From an uncultured Chthonomonadaceae bacterium (GTDB lineage: Bacteria; Armatimonadota; Chthonomonadetes; Chthonomonadales; Chthonomonadaceae), in contig CAWFQB010000003.1 in NCBI GenBank assembly GCA_963817895.1, positions 1 through 64,000 of the forward strand: 64,000 bases of DNA, in the 5' to 3' direction. The notes under the pieces were generated by a model. The model did no database searches, was not told where the DNA came from, and saw nothing but the letters and a program-made list of their open reading frames with translations. The translations under genes and the position numbers were made by a program. Of the stretch, positions 39,462 to 48,547 are shown piece after piece. How positions within the stretch are numbered: position 1 is the stretch's first letter; each line of letters opens with the position of its first letter.

Positions 39462-40403
39462 TTACTCCAATCGAACGCGGGGGTCTACGAGGGCGTAGCC
39501 GATGTCGGTCAAGATGTAGCCGATAATGGTCATCAGCGTTCCAAGAAATACCATCGCGCGCACAACGGCGAAGTCCGCGCTGTTGATAGCATCCACCAGA
39601 TAACTGCCCAATCCGGGGATGTTGAAAAACGATTCGACCAGTAGGTTTCCCAGAAACAGCGACGGGATAATCGCTACTGTTGAGGTGACAATCGGCACAG
39701 CGGCGTTTTTCAGCACATGCCGGAACAGCACGGCCTGTTCGGAAACGCCTTTGGCCCGCGCCGTCCTCACATAGTCCTGATTCATCTCTTCCAGCATAAA
39801 TGTGCGGTACAGCCGGGTCAGGGCGCCAAATCCGGCGATAATTCCCACAATCAGGGGCATCAGGAAGAACTTAATGCCCGACAGCCCGCCGTGATAGCCG
39901 GCGATGGGGAATATTTTCAGGATTTTACCTAAAATGAACTGCCCCGTAATGATGTACACGAGAGACACAATGCTCATCAGCAACACGCATAAGAACGTAC
40001 CCCAGTAGTCTACATACGTGCTTCGGAAATACGCCAGAAACAGCGCGGCGGCGATGGTGACAAGCTGCAATCCCATAAAGACCGGAACCGCAATGGCAAA
40101 CGACGGCCCCGCGCTTATCTTGATTCGTTCGCGGATGTCCTCGCCGTTGGCGTCGGATTTGCCGAACTGGAACGTCAGCAGGTTCCAGGTTTGCGAAACG
40201 ATCTGCTGTCCGCGCGGCTTGTCGTATCCATGCTGAACCAGCCAGTCTTTCAGCTGTTTTTGCGTCGGATTTTTGGCCGACAGGTTGTTGCGGGCAATCC
40301 GCTCCGGGGGAAAGACGCCGTAGAACAGCAGAATCGTCAGAAACGAGACGGTAGCGAGAATGGGAATCGCGTACAGCAGGCGTCGTATCACATAGCGCAG
40401 CAT
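39462..40403 (-). CDS. Oligopeptide ABC transporter permease (OppB-like)
   Basis: YVIRRLL, QDYVRTARAKG, RHVLKNA, ESFFNIPGLG, YALVDPRV. Confidence 0.93.
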   Translation of the reverse strand: MLRYVIRRLLYAIPILATVSFLTILLFYGVFPPERIARNNLSAKNPTQKQLKDWLVQHGYDKPRGQQIVSQTWNLLTFQFGKSDANGEDIRERIKISAGPSFAIAVPVFMGLQLVTIAAALFLAYFRSTYVDYWGTFLCVLLMSIVSLVYIITGQFILGKILKIFPIAGYHGGLSGIKFFLMPLIVGIIAGFGALTRLYRTFMLEEMNQDYVRTARAKGVSEQAVLFRHVLKNAAVPIVTSTVAIIPSLFLGNLLVESFFNIPGLGSYLVDAINSADFAVVRAMVFLGTLMTIIGYILTDIGYALVDPRVRLE

Positions 40404-40405
40404 GG

Positions 40406-42499
40406 TTAATTTCCTCCTGTGTCGCGGCGCACATGCCGGTTGGTACGCTGTCGAACCACCTGCGCGGCGGGAATACTGCCCACGAAAATCAGCGCGGCTA
40501 GCGCCAGCAGGGGTAAATAGTTGGGAGTGTTGTATTCAGCTTGGAGGCGGGCGCGCATTTTGCCGTCCACGCGCCAGTATTTCACCATGTCCTGCGCAAC
40601 CGGATGCGGTTTGTAGTTGGAAAGCCAGGGCTGCGTCAGCGCGAAGGTTTCATTGTGCGTGAGATAAATCCAGGGACAATCCTCCGCCGCTATGTCGCGC
40701 ATCTTGTTGATGATTGCCGCCCGTTCCGGCGTGTCTTCCATTGCTCGCATCTGCTCGAACAGTTTGTCGTATTCCGGGTTCTCATAATTACAGGCGTTAG
40801 GGCCGGGCCGCTTATTGGGGCCGTACAGCAGGAACACGAAGTTTTCCGGGTCGGGATAATCGGCCACCCAGCCGTAGTTCATAAACTGGTAGTCGCCCGC
40901 GTCTATTTTGGCCTGAAAGACCGGTCCGCGCCAGGCACGCGGCTCGACATGGATACCGATCTTTTCGATCATTTCGGTAAACAGGCCAAGAATCTGCCGG
41001 CCCGCCGGAGTGATAAGCTGATTTTCCCAGTAGATGGTCAGCCGTTCGCCAGTTTTGGGGTCAATGCCGTTGGGGTAGCCCGCTTCCGCCAGCAGTTTTT
41101 TCGCTTTTTCTACATCCTGGGTTCGGTACGGGTTTTTGTAGTTGGGATCGTAGCCGAAAAGTCCGGGTGAAATGATGGACTGCGCGGGCTTGCCCAATCC
41201 GAGATAGATAATGTCAATGTACTTTTGCGAGTCAATGGAACAGGAGATCGCCTGCCGCAATTTGCGATGTTTTTCCGCGTCCGCCCCGGTCAAAGGTTTA
41301 CCGTTGGCGTCCACGCCGCCCACAACCGGGTCATTCATGTTGAATGAAAAATAACTCACGTCTACGGACACTTCGCGGTGCAGGCCGATGCCGCGCTTCT
41401 GCATGGCGGGCGTCAGCGTGTTGCCGTTGCCGATAACCTGCTGGAAGTTCGTCTGCCCCACGCCCGAAAAGTCCATATAGCCCTGCTGGAAAAGGTTCCA
41501 GGCGGTCGTGCCTTCGCGGACAACGACGTAGCGCAGTTCCTTGATGAAGGGCAACGGCTGTCCCGCGTCCTTGAGCAATCCTGCTTCCCTGTCGCCCGGC
41601 GCGCCTTCGGACGGGTAGAAATCGTCCTTGCGGTAGTTGGGGTTGGCTTTGAGCGTAATGCCGCCTTTAGGCTTGTACTCCGTCATCATATAGGGGCCGC
41701 AACCGACGGGGTGACGGGCCAAATCTTTGCCATACGTTTCCGCCGCTTCATGCGCCAGTGGGCTGGTGAAGTGCATCGCCATCAGGTACTTTAGTTGCGG
41801 ATACGGCTGGTTGAGCTTGATATGGAACGTATACGGGTCGTTCGGATCAAGCTGTAGCCCCTCCATGGCGAAATTGTAGTCGGGCTTTTGCTTTGCCTTC
41901 TCCTGCGCGGCCAGATGATCCTCGTAGTCTTTCATGCCGAGAATTTTGTCATCAAAGAAACTGACGATAGGGCAGGGTACGGCGGGGTCGGCCATGCGCC
42001 GGAAGCAGTACAGGAAATCTGCCGCCGTAATTTCGCGCCCCTTGCCGCCCGCAAAGCAGGGATCGTCCTGAAAGCGCAACCCTTTGCGGATACGAAACGT
42101 CCATATCTGGCCCGTTTTCGTACTCGTAGTCTCTTTACCGGCCTTATCTTTTTCGGTTGCGGTATAGGTGTACGGATTCGCTTCGGGCATAGCCGCGCCC
42201 AACCCCAATTCCAACACGAAAGGGTTGCGTTTGAGATAGTTGTATTGCAGGTAGGAAGCGTAGATCGGGTCTATTACTTCTGCGGCGGCAACGTCATACG
42301 CGATGCTTGGGTCAAAAGATTTGGGGTCGTCGGTGATATTGCGGTACAGGATGGGTTCTGCCGTTTCACCCTCCCTATAGGGATTGTTGCTGCATCCGGT
42401 CAGAGACAGCATCAGTGAGACTGCAAGCCCAGATAAAACGAGAGCACGGCAGCTTGCGCCGCCTATTGAGGTTATGGGTTGAAATGAGAATACCGACAT
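40406..42499 (-). CDS. ABC transporter family-5 substrate-binding lipoprotein (OppA-like) with C-terminal TM helix
   Basis: LTGC lipobox, DPKSFDP, FQDDPCF, HPVGCGPY, LRQAIS, WVADYPDPENF; hydrophobic C-terminal segment. Confidence 0.9.
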   Translation of the reverse strand: MSVFSFQPITSIGGASCRALVLSGLAVSLMLSLTGCSNNPYREGETAEPILYRNITDDPKSFDPSIAYDVAAAEVIDPIYASYLQYNYLKRNPFVLELGLGAAMPEANPYTYTATEKDKAGKETTSTKTGQIWTFRIRKGLRFQDDPCFAGGKGREITAADFLYCFRRMADPAVPCPIVSFFDDKILGMKDYEDHLAAQEKAKQKPDYNFAMEGLQLDPNDPYTFHIKLNQPYPQLKYLMAMHFTSPLAHEAAETYGKDLARHPVGCGPYMMTEYKPKGGITLKANPNYRKDDFYPSEGAPGDREAGLLKDAGQPLPFIKELRYVVVREGTTAWNLFQQGYMDFSGVGQTNFQQVIGNGNTLTPAMQKRGIGLHREVSVDVSYFSFNMNDPVVGGVDANGKPLTGADAEKHRKLRQAISCSIDSQKYIDIIYLGLGKPAQSIISPGLFGYDPNYKNPYRTQDVEKAKKLLAEAGYPNGIDPKTGERLTIYWENQLITPAGRQILGLFTEMIEKIGIHVEPRAWRGPVFQAKIDAGDYQFMNYGWVADYPDPENFVFLLYGPNKRPGPNACNYENPEYDKLFEQMRAMEDTPERAAIINKMRDIAAEDCPWIYLTHNETFALTQPWLSNYKPHPVAQDMVKYWRVDGKMRARLQAEYNTPNYLPLLALAALIFVGSIPAAQVVRQRTNRHVRRDTGGN

Positions 42500-42606
42500 G
42501 GTTATTATCCTGAATGAGAAATCGGAAAAGTCGGAAATGGGAGAAATGTCATAAGAAGACAATGCGATTTGACATTATACCCATAAACCTGACTGGATTG
42601 TACTTG

Positions 42607-44208
42607 TTAATGACCGTAGGAGGGAATTCCAATTCCCGGTAACGTTTCCCCGATTGCTTCTGTGACAATTTTACCTTCGCGCCGATCCAGCAGGGACGCG
42701 GGCAGATAGGCCATGATTGCCAGCGCGGGTACGCTCAACCCCGCGCTCAAGCCCACAACCTGCGCGAAATGCCAGTGCAGGGACACGTTCAGCCACGAGC
42801 CGAACACATTGGACAGGCGGCTTGCCAGCATGAATACGCTTGTCAGCAGGGCGTAGCCCATCATGGCCTGTCCGCGTGGAATCGCCCGTATGGCGAGATC
42901 GAACAGCATGGCGAACACAAGCGCGGACAGCAGGCCATTCGCGCCCTCGATGCAAACAGCGGTCAGTGGAGAACGATAGCCTAAGTACAACAGAGTTCCC
43001 AGCGCGTTGCAGGCGATACCAGCGGTCAGCAGGGTTTGCAGCGTCACGCGCCGACACAGATACAGATACCCGCCCACTCCCACCAGGCCACACGCCCCGC
43101 CCACAAACGCCAGCCCGTACTTAACGCCCTCCCCAAAGTGCAGCCGCAAATTCTCCTGATCCTGCAAAGCGGAAAAGTTGGGAGCCATGTACACCAGCGC
43201 AGCTATCGCCATGACCCCCATCATGTTTCGATTGACGATTGGCGATGTTCGATTTTCAATTGGGGATTGCCCGTCAAGCGTAAGCGCCGCGTAGAAAGGA
43301 GGATTGAAGGAGGGCGCAGCAAGCAACGCCCCTACGCTTTTTCCTTTTTCCTTTTTCCTTTTTCCTTGAAGTAACGCTCCGCATAGAACGGCGAAGACTG
43401 CCAGAATCAGGGCGCAGAGGGGGGCTGTGAAGTGCAGCGTTTGTGAGCCGAGCAGACTGGCCGCGCCTGCGCCGGTCAGTCGCGCCAGAAAAATACCGCC
43501 CGCGTGGAACGCGCCCAATCGTCCGGTCGCGCCCATCTGCTGCCCCTGCTCGACAAGAATGCCGCCCATCACTGTGCTTGCCAATGCCAGCATCGCGCCC
43601 ACACTAATTAGCAGCAGGGCAAACATCAGGGGGGAATGGGTAAGTCCTGCCAGCAGCCACAATCCCGCCGCGCCAAACGCGCTGCCCATCAGCCAATTCC
43701 GCCTTGACGCTGCAGGAGTGGAAACGCGCCCTATCAGCAATGCCCACAGCGGTTTGACAAACCAGAACCCGCTCAACGCCAGCCACAGCAGCGCGGTTTG
43801 CAGGGCGTTGGCGTTGCCATTGCCGAACCACAGATGTTCTACAGCAAGGGGCGCGATCACGTCCGGTTGCGTCAGCGTCGTCACGAACAGGATCAGGCCA
43901 ATCAGCAGTAAAAGTTGGCGCAGTGCGGCTCTTATGCGGGCGCGATCTTCCGAAGCGAGCCGGGGCAAATCGGGCAGGCCAAGGGCAGACAATATCCCCG
44001 AAAGGCCCTTTTCTGACAGGGTTTCCGTTTGCAACTGCGCCAATCCGTTCGCGGCTCGCTGTTCCGCTCGAAAGTCTTTGCGGCAGTCCGCGCGCCACAT
44101 TCGCCGCCATCGGGCGGCAAGCGTATTGGCGGCCAGGGGGGAAGCGTCCTGCCTTTTGCGGTCAACAGCGTTGTCGCCGCGTGAATTGTTATGACGAGAG
44201 CCGCTCAT
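42607..44208 (-). CDS. MFS transporter (BT1-like) with a soluble N-terminal extension of about 95 aa
   Basis: About 12 hydrophobic segments, WFVKPLWALL, GGILVEQGQ..TGRL, DLAIRAIPRG; ATG overlaps the sigma stop (ATGA). Confidence 0.8.
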   Translation of the reverse strand: MSGSRHNNSRGDNAVDRKRQDASPLAANTLAARWRRMWRADCRKDFRAEQRAANGLAQLQTETLSEKGLSGILSALGLPDLPRLASEDRARIRAALRQLLLLIGLILFVTTLTQPDVIAPLAVEHLWFGNGNANALQTALLWLALSGFWFVKPLWALLIGRVSTPAASRRNWLMGSAFGAAGLWLLAGLTHSPLMFALLLISVGAMLALASTVMGGILVEQGQQMGATGRLGAFHAGGIFLARLTGAGAASLLGSQTLHFTAPLCALILAVFAVLCGALLQGKRKKEKGKSVGALLAAPSFNPPFYAALTLDGQSPIENRTSPIVNRNMMGVMAIAALVYMAPNFSALQDQENLRLHFGEGVKYGLAFVGGACGLVGVGGYLYLCRRVTLQTLLTAGIACNALGTLLYLGYRSPLTAVCIEGANGLLSALVFAMLFDLAIRAIPRGQAMMGYALLTSVFMLASRLSNVFGSWLNVSLHWHFAQVVGLSAGLSVPALAIMAYLPASLLDRREGKIVTEAIGETLPGIGIPSYGH

Positions 44209-44865
44209 TTCAAATTTCCTTTGAACCAGTGTTTTTTGACCGCGACATGCGCTGTCGCGGTTACGTTGCCCCTGCCGTTTGCGGCTGCCGGGGAAGAACA
44301 AAAATCTTTTTCAGGAAGGGCGGGTGTATCGTTTTGTGGCATCAGTTCGCGCAATTTCTGCCGCGCGAAATAGCAGCGCAACTCGACCGTGCCGACCGGA
44401 ACTTCCAGTATCTGCGCCACTTCCGGCGCGGTGAACTGCGACAGATAGCGCAGCATAAAGGTGTCGCGATGCTCTTCCGAGAGTTGCGCCAGCGCGTTTT
44501 GCAGCGCGATTCGATCTTCCACTCCGCGCATGGCATTGGGAGAAATGCCTACGACCAGAGCTGTCAATCGTTGCTTCCAGCGCTTCCAGACTGCAATGGG
44601 TTTTGTGGTCGCGCAGCCAGTGGGCAAACTCGCGCCGCATGATGGCGAACAGCCACGCCCGCACTGCGGAACGTTCTTCCAAGCGGGGTAGCGCGGGAAA
44701 CGCCCGAACCCACACGAGTTGGGTCAGGTCTTCCGCGTCCTCGCGGGACCCGGTCTTCCACCGCAGCCAGCAAAACAGCGCATTGCTGTGCCGCGCCACC
44801 AGCAGCGAAGCCGCGTATTTCTCCCCGCCAAGATAGCGTTCGATTAGTTCGGCATCCTCATTCAC
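44205..44865 (-). CDS. ECF RNA polymerase sigma factor (frameshift near 44560-44600)
   Basis: Region 2: EDAEDLTQ..RAWLFAIMR. Region 4, other frame: ALAQLSEEHRDTFMLRY..EVAQILEVPVGTVELRCYFARQKLR. Confidence 0.85.
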
Positions 44866-44973
44866 AGAAAACTCCGGTTCCGCCCTGCTGCAAAATCTCT
44901 TCCGTTGGTTCTTCTATACGTATAGAGCGCATTCAGCGTGATTTCCTTCATGCTGAAAACTATTTTTACGGAA

Positions 44974-45016
44974 GTTTCTACCCTCATCCGGGCTTCGCCC
45001 GGATGAGGGTAGAAAC
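44974..45016. repeat. 20-bp perfect hairpin in a divergent intergenic region
   Basis: gtttctaccctcatccgggc-ttc-gcccggatgagggtagaaac. Confidence 0.8.
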
Positions 45017-45167
45017 CTCTGTAAGTGCAGCACATTCTCTTTTGGAGTAGCTATTATCTGGCGAACAAATACATTTGTACAGCAAAAAACTGAGCGTTTT
45101 CCTGCAAAGGCGGCGCGGTATCGCATTGCGTTATTCTGCGCATGTGTGGGGAATGTTGCGGCCGCTC

Positions 45168-45196
45168 TTGACAAAGCGGAAAAGATGCGTTATACT
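45168..45196 (+). promoter_or_regulatory. Sigma70-type promoter
   Basis: TTGACA-N17-TATACT upstream of the RHH-DUF47 pair. Confidence 0.65.
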
Positions 45197-45313
45197 GCAA
45201 GCCAACGAAATGCAAAATAATACATTGGCTTGCACTGTCTTTCTATATAGCGCGATATTCCACCAACTATATAGCACAGGCGCAGGAAGCGATGAGAGAA
45301 GGCGTGCGATTTG

Positions 45314-45580
45314 ATGGCTGCTGCAAATGACGAGGAACGGGACAAGGGAAGCGCCAAAAAGAAAAAGGCGAAGTCCACGCCCAAAAAAGAACGCCAGATT
45401 TCCCTGCGGCTGACGCCCAAAGGCGCGAAACGCCTGAGCCAGCTTACGGAGAAAACCGAATGGTCGGTGACGCAGGTGATTGAGGAAGCCCTGAAGGTGT
45501 ACGCCGCGCATGAGAATATCCATGTAGACGACAAAATCGAGGGCGACAGCAACATTGAATTGAAAGCCGAATTGAAGTAA
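45314..45580 (+). CDS. Ribbon-helix-helix (CopG-like) DNA-binding protein
   Basis: QISLRLTPKGAKRLSQLTEKTEWSVTQVIEEALKVY pattern. Confidence 0.65.
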   Translation: MAAANDEERDKGSAKKKKAKSTPKKERQISLRLTPKGAKRLSQLTEKTEWSVTQVIEEALKVYAAHENIHVDDKIEGDSNIELKAELK

Positions 45581-45590
45581 AGGAACCACC

Positions 45591-46220
45591 ATGATACACT
45601 TTGGCCCTCGGCCCGATACATCCTTCTATGACGCGCTGGAAGCGCAGGCGCGAACGGCGCGGGACGCGGCGCAAACGTTTTATGCCCTGACGGTAGACCT
45701 GAGCCATGTCGCGCCCTATATGGAAAAACTGGAACGGCTGGAACAGGACGCGGACACGCTGCGCGAACATCTGGCGCACAAGGTCAACGCGCAATTCCTG
45801 ACGTGCCTGGATCGGGAAGACATGCAGACGCTGACCAACCATCTGGACGCGGTTGCTGCGGGCGTGAAAAACGCCGGTTCGCGCATCAGCCTGTACCGTT
45901 TGGCGCGTCCCCGCCCGGATTTAGAGTCGTTTTCTTGCCTTCTGGTCGCTATCACGCAGCAGACGCAGGAGATGGTGTGCCTGTTACGGCGCGGGTTTCG
46001 CGGCGCGGAACTTTGCGGCGTGATTGCGGGCATACACGCGCTGGAGCATCGCGCCGAACAGGTATTTGAACACGGCCTTGCCGCCATGTTTGTAGACGCC
46101 ACGCTCGACCACCGCCTGCTTGTGGCGTGGAAGGACGTGTACGAGCGCATGGAAACCGCCATTCGCGAGTGTGACCGTCTCGCCCGCTTCGTAGAGAGTC
46201 TTTCCGGCAAGTACGCTTAG
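45591..46220 (+). CDS. DUF47 (PhoU-like phosphate transport regulator) family protein
   Basis: LEQDADTL..FLTCLDREDMQTL..LD, LEHRAEQV, WKDVYERMETAIRECD, GKYA end. Confidence 0.85.
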   Translation: MIHFGPRPDTSFYDALEAQARTARDAAQTFYALTVDLSHVAPYMEKLERLEQDADTLREHLAHKVNAQFLTCLDREDMQTLTNHLDAVAAGVKNAGSRISLYRLARPRPDLESFSCLLVAITQQTQEMVCLLRRGFRGAELCGVIAGIHALEHRAEQVFEHGLAAMFVDATLDHRLLVAWKDVYERMETAIRECDRLARFVESLSGKYA

Positions 46221-46380
46221 AGCCTGTCCCAGGTAGCCCTCAACCCCTAACCCCTTCTCCCCAAAAAGCCTGGGAGAAGGGGAATTTACTGGTTAGGCTT
46301 TTAACCTCTGTTTGAAAGATAACAGAGGAACAACGCGGTAATCTCCCGAACTAAAGAGAAATTCTCAAAGGGGGAGGCGC

Positions 46381-47474
46381 ATGAGCGAGTTCAACGGTTT
46401 GGGCATGGGTCTGCACAACATTTCGCGGCTGTCGAAGGCGAAGACGCGATCCATCAGCGCGGAAAACTTTACGGGCGAAAAGGGCAAAGCGGGCATGGCG
46501 ACGGAGGGTACGGGCGCGAACGCGGCCCGCGAACTCGGTCAGGGCTGGAAAGTATCGCCCTCCATCCATATTCCGCCGCGCCAGACGGTGACACTGGCCG
46601 AAATCGAGGGGCCGGGAGCCATTCAGCACATCTGGAATACCTGCGCCCCCAACTGGTGGCGGCGGCTGATTTTGCGCGTGTACTGGGATGGGGAAGACAC
46701 GCCCTCCATTGAAACGCCGTTTGGCGATTTCTTCTGCAACGGCTGGTGCGAACGCTGCAACATCAACAGCCTGCCGATTGCCGTCAATCCCGCCGGGGCG
46801 TTCAACTCGTACTGGGAAATGCCGTTCCGCAAGTCCGCCCGCGTCACGCTGGAAAACCTCACGGACGAGGAGTGCAAGGGGTACTACTATCAGATTACTT
46901 ATGCCCTGACGGACGTGCCGGACGATGCCGCGTATCTTCCACGCGCAGTTTCGGCGCAGCAATCCCCTGCCATATGCCGAAGTTCACACGCTTTTGGACA
47001 ACGTTGTGGGACAGGGGCAGTATGTCGGAACCTATCTGGCGTGGCAGGTCAATAACACGGGCTGGTGGGGCGAGGGCGAAATCAAGTTCTTTCTGGACGG
47101 CGACGGCGAATTCCCGACCATATGCGGGTACGGGAACGGAAGACTACTTCGGCGGCGCGTGGAACTTTGAGCATCCGCAGGGGCAGTACGGCGTGTTTTC
47201 CACCGCGTTTTTAGGGATGCCGCAGGTTCTCATGGCGGGGCAGGCGGGCATGTACCGCAGTCAGCAGCGGCACGGCATGTATCGCTGGCACATTCCCGAT
47301 CCCATCCGCTTTGAGCAGGATTTGAAAGTGACCATTCAGGCGCTTGGCTGGCGCAGCGGCGGGCGCTACCTGCCGCTTCAGGACGACATCGCGAGTACCG
47401 CCTTCTGGTATCAGGCCGAGCCACACGCGCCCTTCCCCCAACTGCCGGATATAAACGGATTAGAAGTTATTTGA
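46381..47474 (+). CDS. Second DUF2961 / GH172 protein (frameshifts near 46940 and 47125)
   Basis: TRSISAENFTGEKGKAGMA, LGQGWKVSP, PGAIQHIW, WWGEGEIKFFLDGD, GTGTEDYFGG, YRWHIPDPIRF, DDIASTAFWYQ. Confidence 0.9.
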
Positions 47475-47602
47475 GTTTAGCCGCAAACACGCGCGAATAC
47501 GCGCAAATCACCGAAGGCGCAGAGATTGAACAAATGTCTGCGTGATTTTGGCGTATACTGTAGCAGAATGTATCGGCAGTAGACAGCGCAGGAGAAATCA
47601 CG

Positions 47603-48409
47603 ATGGCAGCCATAGAAACCATAGAAGCGATTAGACAGCCGCGCCACGACAAACCGGTTCGCAAGCGCGCGGTCTACTATCCCACAGGAGACGGCAAGCC
47701 GATGGCGGAAGACAACTTGCACCGCAAGTTGATGGCTTATGGCTGTGACGCTCTGGAATTCCACTTTGCCGACCGCCCTGACGTGTATGTGGGCGGTAAC
47801 GACTTTGTGTACTACCATGAGGGCTTCCCGAAAGAGCGCGTGTCGCCCGATTGCTATGTGGCATTCGGCGTCGAACCCAAAGCGCGTCGCCACTTCTACA
47901 AAGTATGGGAGGAGAACCACATCCCGCCTGCCATTGTGTTTGAGTTCACGAGCAAAGCCACGCAGAAGGATGATATAGAAACCAAGCGGCCTTTGTATGA
48001 GCAGACCCTGCGCGTGGCCGAATACTTCCAGTTCGACCCCACGGGCGACTATCTGCATCCCCGGTTGCAGGGACAGCGTTTGCGGGAGGGACGCTATCAG
48101 AGTATCGAGCTGCGCGATAACCGTATGTGGAGTGAGCAGTTGCAGTTGGAACTGGTCGTTCAGAATGACAATCTGCGCTTCTACGATCCGGCAAGGGGAG
48201 AGTGGCTGCGCACCTACGAAGAAGCCGAAACACAGTGTCTTGCCGAAACGAAACGCGCCAATGCGGAAGCCCGACGCGCCAACAAGGAAGCGCAACGCGC
48301 GCAGGCCGCAGAGCAACGCGCTAATGCGGAGGCGCAACGCGCTCAAAATGCAGAAGCGGCGTTGGCGCAGGTACTCGCCGAGATGGAAGCCATGCGCCAA
48401 CAGAAATGA
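47603..48409 (+). CDS. Uma2 (DUF820) family putative endonuclease with coiled-coil tail
   Basis: YPTGDGKPMAE..H, VSPDCYVAFGV, YKVWEE, FEFTSKAT..D, EYFQFDPTGDYL; AEQRANAEAQRA tail. Confidence 0.9.
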   Translation: MAAIETIEAIRQPRHDKPVRKRAVYYPTGDGKPMAEDNLHRKLMAYGCDALEFHFADRPDVYVGGNDFVYYHEGFPKERVSPDCYVAFGVEPKARRHFYKVWEENHIPPAIVFEFTSKATQKDDIETKRPLYEQTLRVAEYFQFDPTGDYLHPRLQGQRLREGRYQSIELRDNRMWSEQLQLELVVQNDNLRFYDPARGEWLRTYEEAETQCLAETKRANAEARRANKEAQRAQAAEQRANAEAQRAQNAEAALAQVLAEMEAMRQQK

Positions 48410-48483
48410 TCTGTACAGAAAACGCTTGCTCACAAAAAGTTGGGGCAGCGTTGACGCTACATTCTACGGCAACAGGTAACAAC

Positions 48484-48524
48484 AATACAACCCGCGTCCA
48501 ATCAAATTGGACGCGGGTTGTATT
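48484..48524. terminator. 19-bp perfect hairpin between convergent genes
   Basis: aatacaacccgcgtccaat / attggacgcgggttgtatt. Confidence 0.7.
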
Positions 48525-48547
48525 CTCGTTGTGACGTTCGTAGACTT

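Noticed and set aside
47603..48409. Uma2 nuclease as part of a defence island
   Set aside because: It is solitary, the family is commonly expanded, and no methylase, integrase or other defence gene is adjacent.
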